In this document: one piece after another, positions 25,449 through 37,843 of the stretch
How positions within the stretch are numbered: the first letter of the stretch is position 1
How the letters are laid out: each line of letters opens with the position of its first letter
Source: Bilabrum cf. latius
Taxonomy: Eukaryota
Direction: 5' to 3'
Length of the DNA: 64,000 bases
Assembly: GCA_965178125.1 (NCBI GenBank)
Contig: OZ237742.1
Location: 248,001-312,000, forward strand
The notes under the pieces: generated by a model
The model's database searches: none
What the model was told of the DNA's origin: nothing
The model's input: only the letters and a program-made list of their open reading frames with translations
Program-made: the position numbers and the translations under genes

Positions 25449-28400
25449 TCATTCGCAGGGGAGCTAGCCACAGCAGGACGATGACGTGGTGGAGGTTGCC
25501 AGCGGCATTGCCACAGGTAGTGATGGTTCGGCTGCGCTGGCAGCCAGCAAGGAACCGGTCGCACGCTCGAAGCCAGCCCGCGCCGAAGGGAAGAAGAGTG
25601 AGCTGCCCCAGGCACATGAGACTTCTGCCAAACAGACAGCGTCACCGGCTGAGGCAACCGGTGGGCAGTCTGCAGTCCCGCGGAAGCGCTTGAGTGCGCC
25701 CCCAGCCAGCACCGGCGCTGCCAAGACCCAGGCAGTGCCTTCCGGCATCGGGGCCGTGAGATCGAGGCCGCCACCCCCTTCCGGAATCGGGGCGGTTCGG
25801 CCTGCCACGGGAGCCGTGTTTCGTGCCCCCGCTGCTTCCGGCACCAACAGGAGCCAAGGAAGTGTGGCTCGAGCAGCAGCTGCTACGAAGTCTGCTCTGC
25901 TGCAGCGGCACGGGTTCCGACCTACCGAGCCAAAAGGCGCGATCGTTGGTGTAAACCGACCCGATGGGTCGATCAGCGCCGCTCGGGCGGTGCAGATGAA
26001 GCAGATCCCGATCGGGATGGGCCTTGCAGCCGCCTCTGTGCTGACTCGTCCGTAGATGGGAAGAGGAGGGGCAGGGACAGCTGGTAGCACCGGTGGTATC
26101 ATTAGCAGCCGTTCTGCATCTGGTGCGGATGCTACAAGGTTCTCCTCTCTAGGCCCGTGGAGCAAGAACCATGCCAGCGTGAATGGCAGTGCGGCACTCA
26201 GCAGGCTCGGTGCGAGGGCGTTCGAGGCGGGCGCTGCAGGCGCGCCCATCCGGGTCACTGACGTGGCGATGCAGCACAGGATGCAGCGCATGCAGGCGCA
26301 GGCTCGGGCGGGCATCGTGACGTCGGCAACGAGCCGGCAGCCAGCGAAGCGCACCTCGGCACCATGGGCACCTGGGCAGGTGCGTGGCGCTGGCGCTGGC
26401 ACGAGCCAAACAAAGGGCAGGGTGCAGCACTCTACGAGGGTGGCAGGGTCACACTCGGCCGCAGCTGTCGCGCGCTTGATACAGCCGGACTCTGCTACAG
26501 CTGCAGCATCCAGCAATGCAACCGCCCCGTCTAGCCACAGCGGTACTCCGTCCGCGAGACCGAGCCGACTCGCGAGGCCCAGCGCAGCGCGGCAGTCGAG
26601 CGCCGGGGCGGCGAGGGCGGTCCTGCGGGGCCGCGTGCTGATCTGCGCGCCCTCGAACGCGGCGGTGGACGAGATCGTGGAGCGGTTAGTGGGGTATAGC
26701 AGGCAGGGGGCAGACGGACAGGGTCTGCGGGACCGGCGCAAGCACGGAGGTGGTGGTGGTGTGCTCGGGTCAGACGGTAGGCACCACCGCCCGATCGTGG
26801 TGCGACTGGGGGCCCCCTCCGCCGTGAAGCCGTCGGTGCTGCCGTACACCCTCGATGCCCTCGCCTCGGAATCCAACGCTCAATCGTCGTCGGACAGGGC
26901 GGGGCGCGGCGATGCCGAGCTGGACCGGCTCAGGGGCAGGGTGCGGCAGCTCCGCGCGCAGCTCAACGAGATCGACAGGCAGATGCAGCAGGCCGCCAGC
27001 GATGAGAAGATGCAGCGAGCGGTGCTGCGAGCGCAGGCCATGGGTCGCGGAGCGCAGTCGAAAGGCAGCCGCGGGGGCACGATCAACACCGGCGGTGCCG
27101 CTGCGTCGGCAAGGCTCAGGCAGCGGCGGGCTGCAGCCGGCAGAGAACTGTCCACAGTGCTGCAGGAGCTGTCCAAGGATGGGGCTGCGACATCCCATGC
27201 ACTGCGGCAGGCTCGGCTCCAGGTGCTCGCGTCAGCTCACGTGGTTGCAACCACCCTGACGGGGGCCTCCGCTGCTGACGGCAGGGAGGTCATCGCTGCG
27301 AGCGGTTCCAGAGGCAGGGTGATCCTGCCGCCCTACGACGCCGTGATCATCGATGAAGCGGGGCAGAGCGGGGAGCTGGGTGCGCTCATACCCATCGTGA
27401 CTGCGTGCATGGCCAGCGGGGGGGGCCGCAGGACGCCCCCCGCAGTTGTTCTCGTGGGCGACCCCAGGCAGCTCCCCGCCACGGTGCTCTCCAGGCGCGC
27501 AGAGCGGGCGGGCTTCGGGTCAAGCCTGCTGGAGCGGGTGGTGCGGAGGGTGCAGATGGAGCGACGGCGGGCGGCGGACTCCACCGAGCTGCGCGGCCCC
27601 GCTGACCGCCCCGCCAGCTCCAGCTCCAGCTCTGCCTCTAGCTCTGGCGCTGGTGCCGGATCGGGCACCACGGGGAGCAAAGAAGACCACGGCCTAGATC
27701 ACGGGTAGTTCGGCCTTGAGTCGGGGCAGTGGAGCTGCGGGCACTTCGCGATGCTCAGAGAACAGCACCGCATGCTGCCTGCCATCCGACTGTTCCCTTC
27801 GAAGCATTTCTACGCTGGGCTGCTGAGGGACGCGGGGACCGTGCGGGCGAGGGAGGAGGAGAGGGAGTCGATGATGGGGAACAAGGCCGCCATCTCCGGG
27901 GTAGCAGGGGTGGACTCGCCCTGGGAGTCGGGCCTGCCCCCGCCCGCGGGCTGGCTGGCCGACCTGCTGCGCGGGGCCGTGCCTCCCATGGTGGTGCTCG
28001 GGCACGAGGCACTGGCGGTGGCACTCCGGACTGGGGACACCCCCCCGGCGCAGTCAGCAGCAGCCGGTGGCACATCCGCCCGGCCTGCTGGTCTCCAGCA
28101 CCAGCACCCTAAGCAGTCTCCCGCGGAACAGGTGCGCGGCGCCGTGTCCGTGGCGCTCCGGCTGCAGACCGGCAGCGCCCTCGAGAATCCCGTGGAGGCG
28201 GGCTTCGTGGCGCTGTGCGCGGCCTCCTGGCTCGGACACGAGGAGAAACAGCTGCGGGCCAGGGACCCCCGGCTGTGGGAGGAGTGGCGGCGGTGGTGCG
28301 GAGCGGGATCAGGAGCGGGAGCGGGAGCAGGTGCTCCGGCAGACAGGTCGCAGGACGAGGGCGGACCTCCTTCCTGGATGCGGCGGAGGGTGGGCGTCAT

Positions 28401-28773
28401 CTCACCGTACCGGAAACAGGTTTCGCTCATCCGGCGTGTCCTGGGTGAGGTCGTGGGGCGGAGGAGGAGCCTGTGCGTGGATGTGAGCACGGTGGATGGG
28501 TTCCAGGGGCAGGAGAGGGACCGGGTGCTCATCTCGTGCGTGCGGCAGGCGGGTTCGCCCGACGGAGGCAGGAGTTCCTCTTCCTCGTTGTCGCCGTCGT
28601 CCTGGCGGAAGGACGGCATCGGGTTCGTCAAGGATCCGCGACGCATGTGCGTTGCGCTGACACGAGCGAGAGATCAGGTCGTGGTGGTCGGCGCGATGGA
28701 TCACTTGGCCAGGCACTCCAAGGACTGGGAGGCTTTCCGGGCCGATGCAACAAGTAGGGGGGTGCTTATATGA
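22696..28773 (+). CDS. Sen1/senataxin-like (Upf1-like SF1) helicase (~2,025 aa); 11 in-frame TAG
   Basis: Motifs LNSEQ, GPPGTGKT, VLICAPSNAAVDEI, IIDEAGQ, GDPRQLPATV, SLLER, EQHRM, ISPYRKQ, TVDGFQGQERD, RRMCVALTRAR, all in one frame. Start is ATG 22696 or 22606. Ends TGA. Confidence 0.88.
25395..25449 (+). repeat. (GAGGAC)n coding microsatellite, Glu-Asp tract
   Basis: Direct inspection. Confidence 0.9.
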
Positions 28774-28846
28774 TAGCGAGACTTACAATGTCCAAACGTG
28801 GGGCATTGGTGTCGCCTTGACGTCGCCAACGAGCAGATGCTCTCAA

Positions 28847-29362
28847 TCAAAGACAACCATTCTCCTTCAACCAATTCTTCACGAACTTCGCGTATTCATC
28901 GGGCTCCTTGTTCATCATATCATAATAGACCCGCTGCCCAGCCATGTGCGCCGTATTCGGATTCTTCAGGAGCATTTGAACACCCAGCAGTATTTCTTTG
29001 ATGCTAATGGTGGGGCTCCAGCCCTCCCCCGCAAGCTTAGTATCTTCTTGCAACAAGCTCAAACAGACTCGTCCCGACGGGAAAACGTTGCAATGCGGCA
29101 GTACAGGGTCAAACTTGACTGTTGGCGGCTTCTGAGGATAGTCACTGCCGAAATGCATCGTCAGCCTGAGCTTAGCGTCCTCGAAATGGGTCCCACTTGG
29201 ACCAGGAATCATGCATACCCAATGAAACATGTCCGTAGAGCCATCAGGCTTCTTGTTGGGCTTGGCTGACATCCCAAATGGGTGGTCTTTCCGGAATCGC
29301 TTGCGTTCGGCTGCCAGGCGCTCCCGGATCGCCGCGACCGATGCACCACCCGAAGCTGCCAT
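28847..29362 (-). CDS. UBC9: SUMO-conjugating enzyme E2
   Basis: Motifs RLAAERKRFRKDHPFG, W.C.IPG, YPQKPP, HCNVFPSGRVCLSLL, IKEILLGVQ.LL..PN. Ends TGA. Confidence 0.93.
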   Translation of the reverse strand: MAASGGASVAAIRERLAAERKRFRKDHPFGMSAKPNKKPDGSTDMFHWVCMIPGPSGTHFEDAKLRLTMHFGSDYPQKPPTVKFDPVLPHCNVFPSGRVCLSLLQEDTKLAGEGWSPTISIKEILLGVQMLLKNPNTAHMAGQRVYYDMMNKEPDEYAKFVKNWLKENGCL

Positions 29363-29542
29363 TCGTGATTAATCTCCCCCACAGTAATTACAAGACAAGC
29401 ACCCAGAGGGGCAAGGTAGGTGACGTTTGGGACCATTTGCGACCACCGGCACCGTGACGAGCGAGCACAGGGCGAGGTTGCGACCGCGGACTAGCCGTTC
29501 TGGAAAACCTGGCTGGCAATCACAAGGTACGAAGGCATTAAG

Positions 29543-31336
29543 ATGCCGCTCGCTCTCCTAGGCAAACAAATGAAAGGTGCCTCGCGAAGGCGGGGTGCCA
29601 AGAAGCGAAAGGATGGAGACGGCGCCGATGCTGCTCTCCTCGCGAAAATTGAAGCAGCGCAGCGGGCAGACTACTTGCGGAGGCTAGCCGAGGCGACCAA
29701 GAAGCAGCTGAAGGACAAAATGTAGAGAGAAAAGGCGCTAACTGCGCTGAATCGCTCCAAGGTTGAGGCTGCTTGGCTCCGCATCATGCGGCTTGCTCGG
29801 GTGGACGAGCTTCGAAGAGAGGTTGAGATCCTCGCGCAGCAGCACGAGAGGAGCGTAGACAGGAAAGACGCCATGTTACAAATGCTAGATTTAGACTTAG
29901 ATAAAGCGGACGAGCAGCTGCAAGTCGCGGTACGCTAGCATTTACGAGGCATAGACAAGCTCATCGCCATTCAGGACGAGAGATTGTCAGATCTGGAACG
30001 ACGCTTCGAGACAGACTTGGGCTCGACGCAGGACGAATTTAGAATGGAGAAAGAGGAACTTATTAAAGCTCACAAGGAAGAGGCCTACGCGCTGAAGTCC
30101 ATCCTCGCTCGTCTGGAGGAGGAGCAGGAAGCAGCCCGGGTGGGCGCCCGGCAGGCGCACGAGCAAGCCAGGGAGGTGTGCCGCACGGCGACGGTGGAGC
30201 GGATCGAAGACCTGTCTCGGCAGGCGGAAGACCGCATCTAGGCACTCGAGGGGCAGTTCCAGGCCGCGCACATGGCCTACTTGAAGCACACAGACACGTC
30301 CTCAGAGAGGTTCAAGGAGCTCTCCGCGAGGGACTCCAGGACGCAGCAGGAGCTCTCCAGGGGGACGGAGCGGATCAAGAGGCTGGAGGCGGAGCTTCTG
30401 CGCCTGCGCGCCAAGATGGCCGCCAACGCCCGTGACTTCAGCGCGCGCAACGCCCAGCTGACCCAGGAGAGGGACGGCATGGCCAAGCACGTGGTCTCGC
30501 TCAAGGGCAGGGTGCAGCGCTCCAGGCAGCGGGCCGCCAGCAAGATGCAGACCCTCAGCCTCGCGGCCAAGGACACCAAGGCAGATCTAGCGGACCGCAC
30601 TGCACTCGCAGAGCGGGTGCTCAAGCTGGCCGAGAGGTGCCGCGGGCTTGAAACCCAGAAGGAGAAGATATCTCCCTTCGACACGGGCAGCAGCGCGGGG
30701 GAGGCCAGCAGCGCCGTGGTGGCAAGGGCCATGGAGGCGGCCCGCAAGGAGGCTGTGGACGAGGAGGACGAGGACGCTGCCATTGGGCTGAGGAGGAGGG
30801 TGGACGGACGGCCGGTCACCACGGGGACTAGGACGGGCGGGGCACGCGCTATCACTGCTGGCGGCACCACGGCTGCGAGAGGCGGGGCTGGGGCGGCGTC
30901 GGGTGGGGCGGGAGAGGGCAAGGAGGACGGCGCAGGGGCTCCTGGTATGGCGGGAGACCAGGGGATCGCGGGGCTGCAGACACACATGGCCGAGGCAGTG
31001 CTTGGAGGGGAGGTGCAGGCCCTGAGGAACTTTCAGAAGCGGTACAACCGCACCCTGGCGCAGAAGCTAGCCCTGGAGAACGAGCGGGCCCACTTGATGC
31101 AGGAGAACGAGCAGCTGCAGGAGATTGCAGCCCAGTACCTCGAGGGCATGTCCCTGACAGAGAGGACGCTGGAGGAGGACAACCCCCTGCTGGTGGTCAA
31201 CGGCAGGGCGGGCGTGGACCCCCGGGTGATGGACGACGAGAGGAGGAAGCGGGGCCCGCCGGGCGGTGCCATCGACGGGTCGCTGAGAGCGAGGAACGTG
31301 CAGGTGCAGTCCATGGGCCGAGGAGCACTTGCCTGA
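29543..31336 (+). CDS. DRC2: Dynein regulatory complex subunit 2 (CCDC65)-like coiled-coil protein; TAG at 29723, 29936, 30239
   Basis: Motifs WLRIMRLARVDELRREVEIL.Q.HER.VDRKDA, LAERCRGLETQKEKISPF, NFQKRYNR, YLEGMS, NPLLVVN. Ends TGA. Confidence 0.85.
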
Positions 31337-31439
31337 GGAGTGCACACACGGCGCTCGCATGTCTTGTCGATGGTGGAAGACACGATTAGCATTTGTTGCA
31401 TCGCACCGATCTGATTCACGCGCTCCAATTCGTAGCAAC

Positions 31440-33486
31440 TCACCAATCCTTGGGCACGGGCGGCAGCTCCGCCAGTGGCTCCAGCCCGCTTCCCTCCCCG
31501 CAGTCCTCCAGCCTAACACCCCCCGTGGGTGCCACTGCGCCGGGTGCGCATGTACCACCGGCGCTCAGCAGCAGCGGGCATACCGTCCCGGACCCGGCTT
31601 CCTCTCCATCTACCTCGTCTCCCTCGTCACCCACAGCCGCACTCGCCGCCACGGGTCCCGCCCTGCTGGCATCCACGGCTCCAGCGCCCCAGCCGAGCCA
31701 CAGCTCCTCCACAGTGGCGCGTGGTTTGGAACCGGACCCTGCCCCTGCACCAACACCGGTCTCGCCCTTGCCCTAGCTACGGGACGCTGCTGCCAGCAAG
31801 CCAGACGTGTCAACGAACAGGGCGAACACGGCGTCGTAGCCACCCGCACCGGGGACCCCGGCCGCCAGCACGCCGGGCAGCGCCGCAGTCGCGTCCAGCA
31901 GCGGGCGCTGGGAGGCTGGCTCGATGGGCACGTCCGCTCCTTCACCCATCGCTCGCAGCAGGCCCCTAGCCTGCCTAAACGCATCAGCAATCCTCTGCAC
32001 GCACCCGAGCACCCTGTTTCGCAGCGAAGGTTCCCTAGGTTCCTCGGCGGAACTCGATGCAGGTGATGCATCCGTGGTGCTGGAGCCCGCAGAGGCTGGC
32101 TTTGCCTCAGCACCGCCGCCGTCGCCGTCAAACCGGAGGGCCTGGGCTGCCTGCATGCCCTCCAGGTACTCAGCTGGTACAGAGAGAAATTTTCCTTCTC
32201 CTTCTCCTTCTCCTTCCGCGAAAGTAGGCGCGGATGTAGAACTGCCGGCTGAGGCCAGCCCGCTCAGCTGGGCAAGGGCGGCTCCAATTTCCTTGTTGGC
32301 AGACTACAGCCCTGCCCAGATCCTCTCCGCCTCTTTGCCCCCCTCCCCTCTCCAGACCAGCACCTTCCTCACCATGGAGGGCGTCTCGCTGCCCCCGTGC
32401 ACGTCCCCCATCGCAAGGTCCAGGCCAGGGGGCAGCTGCAGGGGCGCGATCCCGAAGCCCCAATCGGAGGTGAAGGCAGCCACGAGGGCATCAGTAGGCG
32501 GCGCTCTATCTGCGGCATCGGCATCAGCGCCAGCGCCAGCACCAGCATCTGTTTTCGCACCAGCGCCAGCCGCTGCCACCTCCACCTCCTCCTCCTATTG
32601 GCCCAGCTGCTCCTGCAGCAGCGCCATGTGTTTCTCTAGCACGCTGCGAGGGGCCCTCACGAACTGCGTGGACCCGAACACGGCGGAGCAGACGTCAAAC
32701 CCGCTGCCCACCTTCCCCTGGGCCAGGTTGTGCGCCGCCTGGGCGGTGTTGTGCAGCAGCCGACGGGCGACCTCGCCGGCGAGGTGCCCGCGCGCCTTGG
32801 GAACATCGCTAGCACCAAGGTCAATCGCTCCGGTGTACTGCAGGATGGCGCCCACGAGCGATGTGACGAGAGCGGCCGAGCTGCCCATGCCCGTCTTTGC
32901 GACCACGGGCCTGCCGTCGGTACCAGCTGGGCACGGCATGAAGCGTGGCACCGCCTCGAGAGCAGCGCGTGTCACGCGCTCATTGCGAGCCTTGATGTGA
33001 GAAAGCTGCGAGTAGAAATCATTGCTCGCTCTTAGGCTGATTGCCATGCCACGATGCAGCTACGCCTTCGCCTCCTCGCCGGCGACAGCTTCAGCAATTG
33101 CTGCAGCGCTATCAAAGGCCCACTTGATGAATGACGGGGGATTCTTCCCCGTAGAAATCCCCTTGACTAGCTGTGTCGCTCCATTTTTGCCATCAACTGC
33201 CTTAAAAAGTGTTGCACTGTGGAACTACGGGCTCACGACCATGACTTGGCCCTAGCAGTCACTACCCGTGAGCGCACTAGCAGTACTGTAGAATCGCGAA
33301 GATGACGATACAGTCAGTCCTGCGTTGGGCTACTCGAGGACCAAATAGCCGCCTGCGACTAGTACCTTTCCTGGGGAAGATACGCAATACCTGCGATTTG
33401 AGACTTAGCGGTCATGATACCCTAACAAGATGATGCTGACCAGTGCTTGGGTATATGTTTACAAGCTAACCAGCTTACGATTGCAT
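31440..33486 (-). CDS. ERG8: Phosphomevalonate kinase, ERG8/plant type; intron 33391-33478; 7 in-frame TAG
   Basis: Motifs SSPGKVLVAGGYLVLE, SP*F, KTGMGSSAA, AQGKVGSGFDV, GGSETPSMV, VPIEP, GVPGAGGYDA. Ends TGA. Confidence 0.92.
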
Positions 33487-33634
33487 CTATGCCCTCAATG
33501 TTTCTAATTGTGGCGTTGCGCCGGCATATTCGGCGGATCATCACACCGGTTCGCGAGTTGCAGTTGCGTGTTCCGAACAAACGAACTGGTCATCGGTCAC
33601 AGTTCATAACCGAAAAACCCAGCAGCATCGCAAA

Positions 33635-34234
33635 ATGGCTGAAGTGGGAGGTAGTGCTTTGAAGCGTGTTCTAGTACCGATTGCCCATGGCTCCGAGGAG
33701 ATCGAAGCTGTTTCGATCATAGACACGCTTCGGAGAGCAGAAGTCGAAGTGGTTGTCGCAGCAGTTGGGAAAGACTTGAAGGTGAAGTGCTCCAGGGGGG
33801 TACACCTGGTAGCTGACTGTCTCCTGTCGGATCAGAAGGACGTCGCCGCTAGCTTCGATGCAATCGCCATTCCTGGTGGCATGCCAGGCGCACAGTCGAT
33901 CGCAGATGTGGATGGGATCAGCAAAATTCTGAATGAATTGAAGGAGAACCGCAAATGGATCTCCGCAATCTGCGCCGCCCCTGCGATCGTGCTCGCGAAG
34001 CACGGCATCCTCACCGAATCCACTCCGGCGACATGCTTCCCGGCGGACAAGCTGCGCAGCATGCTCCCCAACGCTTCGAAAGCCGCCGAGAGAGTGGTCG
34101 TTGACACCGATGCAAGACTGATCACGTCCCAGGGGCCGGGCACGGCGCTGGAATTTGCGGTTGAACTGGCAGCGCGACTGGTTGGCACCGATCGAGCCGC
34201 GGACGTGCGATCGAAGCTGCTAGTCAAAGAGTGA
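33635..34234 (+). CDS. DJ-1/YajL (ThiJ/PfpI) family protein
   Basis: Motifs GSEEIEAV..ID.LRRA, PGGMPGA, AICAAPA, ITSQGPGT. Ends TGA. Confidence 0.93.
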   Translation: MAEVGGSALKRVLVPIAHGSEEIEAVSIIDTLRRAEVEVVVAAVGKDLKVKCSRGVHLVADCLLSDQKDVAASFDAIAIPGGMPGAQSIADVDGISKILNELKENRKWISAICAAPAIVLAKHGILTESTPATCFPADKLRSMLPNASKAAERVVVDTDARLITSQGPGTALEFAVELAARLVGTDRAADVRSKLLVKE

Positions 34235-34476
34235 CATCCATCCAATGTGTACGCGATAATATACTCGATGCGGTGATTCTATGACACCAAGCATGCACAT
34301 CACGCCAGGAGTTTCGACAGCCACCCAAAGCACAATGTGTACTGGCGGAATCTACACTGCGCCCCTTTGTGTCTACCCATTGCCCGTGCTGCTAGCTGCT
34401 TGCCTGCATCCTGGCTCGCCCGGCTCGCCCTTCCATGGCACACTGCCACTAGCCAGTTCTCTGCAGCCACCTCGCC

Positions 34477-35925
34477 TCACCGCATCCCGCCCTGCACCTG
34501 CATGCCCTGCACTTGCACCTGCATCCGAGACCCAGACCCAGACCCAGACCCAGCGCCCCGTCGGCCGCTTCCCCCAGCCAATGCCCGGTCCCTACCCCTA
34601 TCCCTGCCCGTTCCACTGCCCCTATTCCCGCTCCTATCTCCCCGTCTGCCCCCTCCAGCCGACCCCCGCGCCCCCCAGTCATGCTCCCGGCCCGGGCCCC
34701 CGCCACCACGGCCCGAAGATGACGACACAGCGGAGGACGAGGACGATGATGGCCCAGACGAGCGCCCCGACACACCCACACCCACACCAACACCCGCACC
34801 CGCACCCGCACCCGCACCACCCGACGCACCCGATCCGGACCGCCGCGAAGACGGCTAGAACGGAGATGAAGATGGTGCAGAGGAGCTCGCAGCCGACGAA
34901 GCCCCCCCGCGGGTCCCGCCCGTGCTGCTGCCGCCGCTGCTCGCACTCTGGCTAGCCCACGTCCTGCTGCTCGCCGGGGCCTCTGTGCCCTCCGTGATGC
35001 CCCACCACGCCGACGAGGCCGTGGTGCGCGGCAGGAACGCGAGGCCCCCCGCGGGGCTCTCCGAGCTGCCATCGACTGCACCTCCTGCGGCGGGCGGGGA
35101 TGCAGACTTGGGGCCGCTCGGGGGCGCGCCGCTGCTCGCTCTCTCTGCCCCGGGGCCGGCTCCACCTGCAGCTCCAGGCTTGCGGCCGAACCTGCCAGCG
35201 GCCTTGCGTTCAAACACACGAGCCATCGCATCGAACTTGGCGCCGTCTAGCAGAGCAGAAGGAGACGTGTCGCCGGCATCGCTCCCGGATGGAAGAGCCT
35301 AGACCCGAAGCGAGCTCCAGCCAGGTATGAGCGATGATACACTTGATGGGCCCTGTTCGGTTCCCAAAACACGCTCAAGATCGACTCCTTTGACGGATTT
35401 TACGTGGTTGAAAATGATATCAATACCTGATTCAAGGCTTCGCAAGAACTACTCATCCTACATTGAAGGAACCGGGGCAGCCTCTTGCGCCTCCTTCAAA
35501 CTGCCCGAACTGGATCCAGGTACGTCTTTCTGTGAAGATCCTTCATCAGGCGATGTTTCGCTGACGGGTACCACTTTGGTGGTCTTCGATACCGGATCAC
35601 TGGAAATATCCTTATCGACTGCTCTGCTTGAAGCCACAGGGGACTGTGATGATGCCATATCCGGCAACCCGCCAGTTTTGTGGGGACTCGTCTGGTCAAG
35701 TCGTGTACTTTGTGGCATCGACTTGGTCATCTCTTCCCTGCGTCGCTTCTGCGGTCTCTCCGAAGGGATGCTATCCGATGTTCGTTTTGTCCCAGCCGCT
35801 TCGTTGCCTGCGCCTTCTGGTAGCTTGGGGCTAGCGCTACCCACATCCTTATTACCAACACCATCACCAGCCTAACTTGCCTCTAACGCCTATTGCAAGC
35901 GTGCAATCTCCCTTCTAGTTGGCAT
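34477..35925 (-). CDS. Hypothetical low-complexity protein with an Arg/Gly-rich C-terminus (~482 aa); about 6 in-frame TAG
   Basis: ORFs 35458..35844, 34855..35226 and 34477..34785 share a frame and are joined only by TAG. ATG at 35925. Ends TGA. Confidence 0.55.
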
Positions 35926-36316
35926 TTTGCTGTGCGGGAGATTGAAAGCGGGGCCAGCAGTCTTCCCAATTGCGGAACCAGGAACCCCAGTGTCGGGCGC
36001 CGCGCACTCTGGGGCAGGGAAAGGCGGTTGGTGATGTAAGGAGTACTAGCACTATGTGGCGAATTATGATTGACTGTGATGTCTTCAATATTTTTGTAGC
36101 TCTATGGCCATCAGCGTTCAACGGCCATGGACGATTTGAAGACGACGTTCAGCCTCAACCACCTGGCGTGGCGACAGATCCACCACACGCAGGCATCCTC
36201 CAAGACTGCGAATTCCATGCCTTAAGCTGCAGCCACCGCTGTTTTGCCGGTAGCTTTGCCGCCCCATTTGCCACCCTGCTGCGGCAACACATGTTCCTAC
36301 TTGCCACCAGCGCGAC

Positions 36317-37735
36317 TCAGCTGATTGTGCAGCATTGGCTCCCCCGCGACGAGTGCTCGCTTCTCCTCGGCAAGTCCTCGCACAACATCCACGGGTGATT
36401 CCTGATCTCCTCCAATGCCCCCAACGCACTCCCTTCTGCCACCTCCCAGCAGCCCCTGCCCCCCGGGTCGCGACTCTTCATGTACCTGTCCGCACCCCGC
36501 ACCCCTCGCGCCAACACCCACACGCACTCCCCGTGCCCTCCAACGCAAGCAGCCGTGAGTGCGTTGAAGGTGCTGTCGAGAGCAGCGCCCGCACGCCCAT
36601 CAGTGCTCGTGTCACGCGCCTGCACCTGCTTGCATGCGGCGGGGGTGCCTGCTCGAGTGTGGCCGCCTGCGAGCCTTCCCAGCACCAGCCGCTTCGCCAG
36701 CTCGAGCGGCCGGCCTTCGGATGCAGCTTGGAATACCATGCCGCTGTCGCGCCTTGCGTCTGCCGCTCGCCTGAAGTGCACCAGGTGTCGCATCCGCTTG
36801 CGATAGGGGTTGTAGTACTGGATGCCGACGAGCTCGCTGGCCTTGGCCAGGCGGAAGATGGCTAGCAGCCATTGCTGTGGGGTGCATCTCATCTTCGACA
36901 TATATTCAAGCGCACTAGTTCTTTGATTTCTCCTCATTTCAAAAATACGTTGGAGCTTGGCTTCGTTGTATTCAGCACAAAAACGCTGCACGACTTCGCC
37001 AAGGTCAGGGCTAGCGTGCAGCAGCGGCACAACGTATTTCCATATATTTTCTTGTAAATTAAAAAGCATTGCAAGCGCTGCTGTTGGCTGCGCTAGTAGT
37101 ACTATGAAATACGTCTAATTCTCGCCGTATCGCTATGACTGGCCTTGTGGCGAAAGACGACTTTAAGGCCAGGCAAGTGCTTACATCGTCCACTAAACAG
37201 TGCTCCGACCCCCTACTGAAGAAAAGGAGTAACTCAAATGCAACAGTATTACATTGCATGAGCGGACATGCCTCCAAAATAGTATAGAACCCCCCTGACT
37301 GCGACAAAAGCAGGTATTGCGGGTATCTAAGAAAGCAAAGCTCCATAATGGCGCGTACCTAGATTCAAGCAACCGGTAGAAGCATTCTGCAGTTGAGCCA
37401 CCGGGATAGCTACATACTTTTGGGGCCTGCATTGGTCTGTCGAAGTCAACGCCGACAATCCCAGCCTCGATCAATGGCTAGAGACAACTCATGAAGAGAA
37501 GACGAAAAGGTACCGGTGACTTCATCACGGAGCCATGTTGGGTATTTCCGCGAAGCTGCATCCTGCAATACCTTTCATTGGTCGTATCAATCACCTCAAC
37601 GGCCCTGCTACTGCACACGCGCCTGTATGCTGGATACCGGCAGATCTCCTCTAGTAGAGCTTCACTAGGTGCCAAACTCCACGATAAGGCACGAGATATC
37701 CCGAAATCGTTCGTTACACCATGCTCGTATTCCAT
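36317..37735 (-). CDS. Orphan protein with an ankyrin-like C-terminal motif, copy 1; introns 37299-37417 and 37088-37184
   Basis: ALTAACVGGHGECVWVLA motif. Intron positions and the 114-nt middle exon are shared with copy 2. Start uncertain. Ends TGA. Confidence 0.55.
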
Positions 37736-37843
37736 GCACTTGAAATATGCAATGCACGAGAATCCCACTTGCGACCGATAGGATCCGCCCGGTTGCATAA
37801 GTGCACACACTGCAACCTTAGAACAGGGTTTGAAGGTTTTTAC

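Noticed and set aside
9319-26876. Long antisense ORFs (9319..10755, 16780..18222, 20386..22302, 25464..26876)
   Set aside because: These are shadow ORFs of GC-rich genes on the opposite strand and have no recognisable motifs.
37088-37184. Two apparent in-frame TAA codons suggesting TAA=Gln
   Set aside because: Both lie in a GTAAGC..GCAG intron whose position is conserved in the paralogue.
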